Assembly (NCBI GenBank): GCA_002189035.1
Contig: NEEC01000004.1
Coordinates: 5,270,001 to 5,334,000, forward strand
Source of the DNA: Utricularia gibba
Lineage: Eukaryota; Plantae; Magnoliophyta
Reading direction: 5' to 3'
Length of the DNA stretch: 64,000 nucleotides
Made by a program: the position numbers and the translations under genes. Below, piece by piece: positions 59,202 to 64,000 of this stretch (position 1 is the stretch's first letter; each line of letters starts with the position of its first letter). The notes under the pieces were generated by a model. The model was not told the DNA's origin, made no database searches, and saw only the letters and a list, made by a program, of their open reading frames with translations.

Positions 59202-59284
59202 GTGGGCTAATGTATGATACGTTGGGCCTAGTGGTTAGTTTCATACATGAGCTAATGGGTCATATGTAGGCCCAATATGGGCCC
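59202..59284. promoter_or_regulatory. Site II cluster with a short imperfect inverted repeat upstream of the BAP31-like gene
   Basis: TGGGCT, TGGGCC, GGCCCA and TGGGCC; GCTAATGTATGATAC pairs with GTTTCATACATGAGC. Confidence 0.5.
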
Positions 59285-59363
59285 GATAATACTTCCTAGT
59301 GGTCTCCTCGTATGGGTCGTCTTGGTATTTCTTGCTTTCTGTCTTCGCGGCGATCGGAATCTG

Positions 59364-59756
59364 ATGGCGCTGGAATGGGTTGTTCTTGGCTACGCTGCGG
59401 CTGCGGAAGCGATCATGCTCATTCTTATAACGCTACCGGGTCTGGAACCGATCCATAAGGGGCTGATCAGTGTGACGCGGAGCCTTCTGAAGCCGTTCCT
59501 CTCCGTGGTGCCCTTCTGCCTCTTTCTCTTGATGGATATCTACTGGAAATACGAAACTAGGCCGACCTGTGAATCCAATTCGTGTACCCCATCGGAGCAC
59601 CTCCGCCACCAGAAATCGTTGATGAAGTCGCAGCGAAACGCTCTCCTGATCGCGTCGGCGCTGCTGTTCTACTGGCTGTTGTACTCGGTTACGGCGCTTG
59701 TCGTCAAGATCGATGTTTTGAATAAGCGGGTGGAGAAGCTCAAGTCCCGGGATTGA
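59364..59756 (+). CDS. BAP31/BCAP-like small ER membrane protein (At5g17190/At3g03160-like), 130 aa
   Basis: MALEWVVLGYAAAAEAIMLIL, KPFLSVVPFCLFLLMDIYWKYETRP, HQKSLMKSQRNALLIA; C-terminal coiled coil; intronless. Confidence 0.92.
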   Translation: MALEWVVLGYAAAAEAIMLILITLPGLEPIHKGLISVTRSLLKPFLSVVPFCLFLLMDIYWKYETRPTCESNSCTPSEHLRHQKSLMKSQRNALLIASALLFYWLLYSVTALVVKIDVLNKRVEKLKSRD

Positions 59757-60058
59757 ATTTGGGGAATTTGGGCTTCGGTATGCCAACCGGAGTTCGATTT
59801 TTCGCACGTTTGTTCTGAGGAAAAAAAAAAAAAAAAAACTTTCCGTGTTTGTTGCTTCCTGGGGCTACATATTGACATCTCATTTGTTGAGGTGGGCATT
59901 GAGCAACTCTTGATGTATGCATCAAGGACTTCTGATGTACCTCATCTGTTCTTGGACCTGTGCACTTTACTGTTGCATCTGTGTTGGGGTTGGTGCACCT
60001 GAAATTGATTAGAGAAGAAGGATCACTGTCTTCATCAGACAAACTTGTCTCAGTAACC

Positions 60059-62868
60059 TCAAAGTATTTCATGTTGATATGTTCTAAGGTTGGAACTGAT
60101 GCTCCCAAGTGATTCTAAACCAACCAGATTTCCCATAACCTAAACTCAGAAAAAAATGGAAGTTGGCTGGGGGGAGGGGGTATCACAGATTTGACCAGTG
60201 AGTAGTACTAACCAGTGGAGATGATTGTACCACGATCATAACCATCCACAAGCAGCTTCCTGATTTTGTTTCTCCACTCAGATAAATCTCCCTCGTTCTC
60301 AAACATCCGATCATGAACAACACGATCATAGTAGTGAAGCATTGTTCCAAGACCAGTGTTTGGCACCCATCCAAATTCGGTCAATATCCGAGCCTCTCCT
60401 AAAGTCAAATCTTCACCTATCTGTATGTTGCCAAGGTGAAAAAACATGGTATGATGGTATACATATCTCCCAGGATAGTATGATGAAAGCCTCCATGGAT
60501 TTTCAGTCCCAGGAGCTCGTAAGATCTTGCTGAAAAAATAACACCTCAAACAAAAAAAAAACAAAATCCCGTATGAATCTAAACATTACCCTCAGTGGTT
60601 TGTTCTCAAGTAAAGTAATCCTACTGCAGTTGGTTAGCTTCATGGCAGTTACTAGCCGTTTGATCTGCCAGTCTATAGGAAAGGAATCAGTCAATTCAAA
60701 GAAGTATGTTGCGTAACCATATTCGGGGCGCTCGAGCACAATCCTGAAAATGGGAGAAAAAATATTCTTCGACAGATACATAAATGAATTTACACATGAA
60801 AATTAACCACATTGACATTACCTATTATGTCTTTTGAAAACAAAGATAAATGACAAGAGGTCCCTGCACCATCCCCATTCAACCGGCCATTTTCGATACA
60901 TCAGATATCGAGCCTATGATACAAAAGTGCATTTTGAAAAACAATCAGATTCCTTCATTGAACTGCCAGGGATAAAACAGCATGACAAGCAAATTACTTG
61001 CCTTCAATTCGTATGACAAGAAAACCAAACCTATACCTGTTCCACCAGGGCTAACAAAAATCCTAGACAATAGCTAGCCTTCTCACCCTTTTTAGATTGA
61101 GGCTGACTAAGCTTAAAAATTGAATGGGATCTCCAAGAAACCTGTATAACCAGTACCATAATCAGATATCCATATGCAAGCCACGGCAAACGAGAACAAC
61201 AAAGAAGGGAGTGTAGCAAGCTGCCCAGATGGTACAGAATAATAGGACGTTACATGCAACATGTATAAAAAACAGCTAGAATCATGAACTTGTGTGATCA
61301 TATCTCTGGAAAACACAAAACCTTCTCTGAAACGTCTTCAAGCCCTGAAAAAGTCTCTTCTGTTGATAGTAAATCACCATGGTCTTCTAGCTGGCCATAA
61401 AGTTTAATTTCATCAACCATAACACCTTGCTCAACTAGCACCTGCACATAGTAAATAAATCAGCACTAAGGTGAATCAGAAAAATGATTAATTGCCAGTA
61501 GTACCCGCAGGAGACCAGGAGCATCCTCCTCCATCGCAGTTTCAATGGAATCCTTCAAATAAATTTCGGCAATAAAGAGGTAAATTGTTTGCTGAGCATT
61601 TTATGTACGAGCCCTAATGATGCATCTTTAGCGAACTCAAACTTACTAACTTACGTGGCAGTTCTTCGCTTTTTCCAGGGACGTCTGCCTAAATATGAAA
61701 GTGCAGGCTTTGAACCACAAGAAACGCTGTTCAGAGAAAACGGAACTAGCTTGTTCACACCTATAGACAGTTTGCCATGCAAACAATTGGTATTCGCCGA
61801 TGATAATAAATTCATCCGCTCTTTCAATGGCATGTGATCCAAGACATCTTCATGTTCATCAAAGGCCGTTGAAAGTTCACGCTTCATAGAGATAAATTTC
61901 TCAAAAGGGGAAATTTCAGAGGCCCTCTCCCGACATCCAAGCAATCCTTCATTATTGGGTTCCAATTTGATATTAACGAAGCTCTTCTTGTTCGATCTCA
62001 CATTAAATTTGCATCCAGAAAGGCTGTCTGTTTTAAACTGTCCATCAAAACTGAGTTCTTCCTTCACTTTCCCACAAGATTTCGGCTAAACATAAAAATG
62101 CCAGCATTATATTTCGAAACCCTGAACAAAGTATCATCCATTTGGACTACGAGCAACAATAGAATCTAAGTCAGGAAACCTATTTCGAACAGAATGCCAC
62201 ACAAGTGAAACAAATAAGAAAAAATCTGAATGTTGCATACTTTTTGCCATGAATAAAAGGTTTTGTGTATATCTCTAAAAAAGTGTTGGTCTTAATTCAC
62301 AGAGCTGGCTAAGATACATTATGAACTGCAGGCGTGACAGAAGCCTCACCAGAAGACTTTTCAATCTGTCTTTCAGCACCACATGATCAAGTTCATCGAC
62401 AGAATCAGCCTTAGAGCATGGTTCACAGCCAGGTCCCTGGCTTGTGGAGGCACATGAACTGCCCAAACACTGAGCTGACGAACTTCTGAAATGGTTGTCA
62501 TCATACTCAATCTTCACCGAAAGAAGATTTTTACCTGAGATTTTGTCATTTGTAAAACCAGTATCATTCGAATCAGCATTCTCCGAATCAGCAGCCTTAC
62601 CTAGATTGTTATGGTCCCCAGTTAAGCCTGCGTCTTATGAAGAACAAACAAGATTTTATTTTAATGACCCATTGCTTACCAGGATCCCTCTTCGCCTGCA
62701 GCATCATCTCAACACCTATTTCCCATGCGAATCAGTGACCCACGGCAGCGAATGAATGCAAACCCCAAATTTTATGGCCTCATTGACGGATGCAACTTCA
62801 CTCGTTGGCAAAGCTTGCAATTGGATTTCAGACAACAATAATTCCTCAGCATTCCCGACTAACGGCAT
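60059..62868 (-). CDS. Conserved uncharacterised plant protein (At5g16610-like); both termini approximate
   Basis: Exons encode ELDHVVLKDRL, DHMPLKERMNLL, KKRRTAT|DSIETAMEEDAPGLLR|VLVEQGVMVDEIKLYG, WPVEWGWCRDL, IVLERPEYGYATYFFEL and EFGWVPNTGLGTMLHYYDRVVHDR. Confidence 0.8.
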
Positions 62869-63677
62869 ACCTCAAAACCCCAATCTCCGTTTTCGCAGTC
62901 GTTCCCGCGGTAAAATGGGGCTGATTTAGGTAACCTTTTTACAAATGGCGCAGGGCGGGGTCGAAATTTCACGATTACGGGCCCAAACCGTTACTGGGGC
63001 AGGTTTGTTAAAACATGGGTTTGCCATACGTGTAATTCGTTGTTACTTTGAATTTTCCTTGACTTTTTTTGACCGTTGGATACAGCTGTTCTTACCGACA
63101 AGGCCAAGGATCCTTGTCGCCCACAAATCTACTCTACCACTGAATCAACCTGCAAGTGTTTTTGTGGATACTAAAGTTTGTCCTTGAACATTATTTACAG
63201 TTGATTGTCCGCAATTCCATATTAGAGATTCTTTAATGAATATCTCTATTGCACGTTCAAGCTCCTAAGCTCATCCCTGTAAGAACGCCATGAGTTTCAC
63301 ACGTTTTTTTTTACTTCAAGTCCTACTCCGGAACTACCTGTGAACTAACACAAGAGAAGAGTGAACCGCCATGGGCAACGGCTACAAAGAATTGATGTTT
63401 CACTTGTGTTTGAAGCTGTAGCAGTAAATGCAGTAAAAAAGGGATAAATGGCGGTTTTTCTAGCCGTTGTTGGTAAATAATAATTCTCTGACAAGGAGTT
63501 TGTGATAGATGCACTCAACCATTTTCCTCATTTTTCTGTTCTTTAAGTGCCCTACTGTCCTCAGGCCCCCCTCCTCCCTCAAGAATATTTCTTCCCTTTT
63601 TGCTTATTCTCCTGTCTTCTTCTATTCTTCAAAGTTTATCTTTTTGCTGCATTTGTGTTTCTGGGTTGAATCAAGAA

Positions 63678-64000
63678 ATGGTCTTTCTGCTCTTTTACTT
63701 GCTTTTCATTGTCCCTTTTGCTTCAGCTGAAGAAGGTAGTTTAAACAGCTAGAAAGTAGAAAGGGGGTCTTAGTTGCACCTTAATCTGCGGTTAGTGACT
63801 TGCCTTTTTGACTAATCTTTTCATGATTTTCTTGCAGAGGCATTCATTGGAGTGAACATAGGAACTGATCTCTCGGACATGCCTCACCCAACTCAGGTAG
63901 TTGCTTTGCTGAGAGCCCAACAAATACGCCATGTGAGGCTCTACAATGCTGACAGAGGAATGCTTGCTGCTCTTGCCAACACTGGAATCAAAGTTACCAT
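63678..64000 (+). CDS. Glucan endo-1,3-beta-glucosidase (GH17), 5' part only
   Basis: Signal-peptide exon MVFLLFYLLFIVPFASAEE, then EAFIGVNIGTDLSDMPHPTQVVALLRAQQIRHVRLYNADRGMLAALANTGIKVT to the window end. Confidence 0.92.

Noticed and set aside
59222-59238. GGCCTAGTGGTTAG resembling a tRNA A-box
   Set aside because: No downstream B-box or cloverleaf; explained as a Site II region.
59277-59363. Upstream in-frame ATG extending the BAP31-like ORF
   Set aside because: ATG overlaps the Site II promoter motifs; the family starts at MALEW.
1-64000. CRISPR arrays, rRNA/tRNA genes, LTR retrotransposon or transposase ORFs
   Set aside because: None seen; eukaryotic gene-rich sequence with no repeat-spacer arrays or TE coding motifs.

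Overview
Gene-dense plant (most likely eudicot) nuclear DNA with about 21 protein-coding loci in 64 kb and many introns of only 70-90 nt, which suggests a very compact genome. Order: IQD (partial), PPIP5K/VIH, PLS-DYW PPR (ECB2-like), HI0933-like flavoprotein, L-type LecRK, peroxisomal acyl-activating enzyme, YSL transporter, At1g65710-like protein, microsomal GST, phytoene synthase, NAC, a decayed mitoribosomal mL41 gene, KANADI, two tandem EDLL-type ERFs, SKOR/GORK-type K+ channel, complex I 75-kDa subunit, a Tourist-like MITE, PCS1-like aspartic protease, BAP31-like protein, an At5g16610-like protein and a GH17 glucanase (partial). The most consequential pattern is that five genes clearly, and two tentatively, carry a single-base deletion in a short G/C run that breaks a conserved frame; this is most likely an assembly artefact. 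Other points of interest: an unannotated mL41 relic, a YSL-AAE pair only about 200 bp apart, a SKOR with an apparently degenerate KHA tail, a GAATC/GATTC cluster in its promoter, and several unexplained GC-rich islands. I found no convincing wholly new biological system. Family assignments and Arabidopsis locus IDs are from memory, not database searches.
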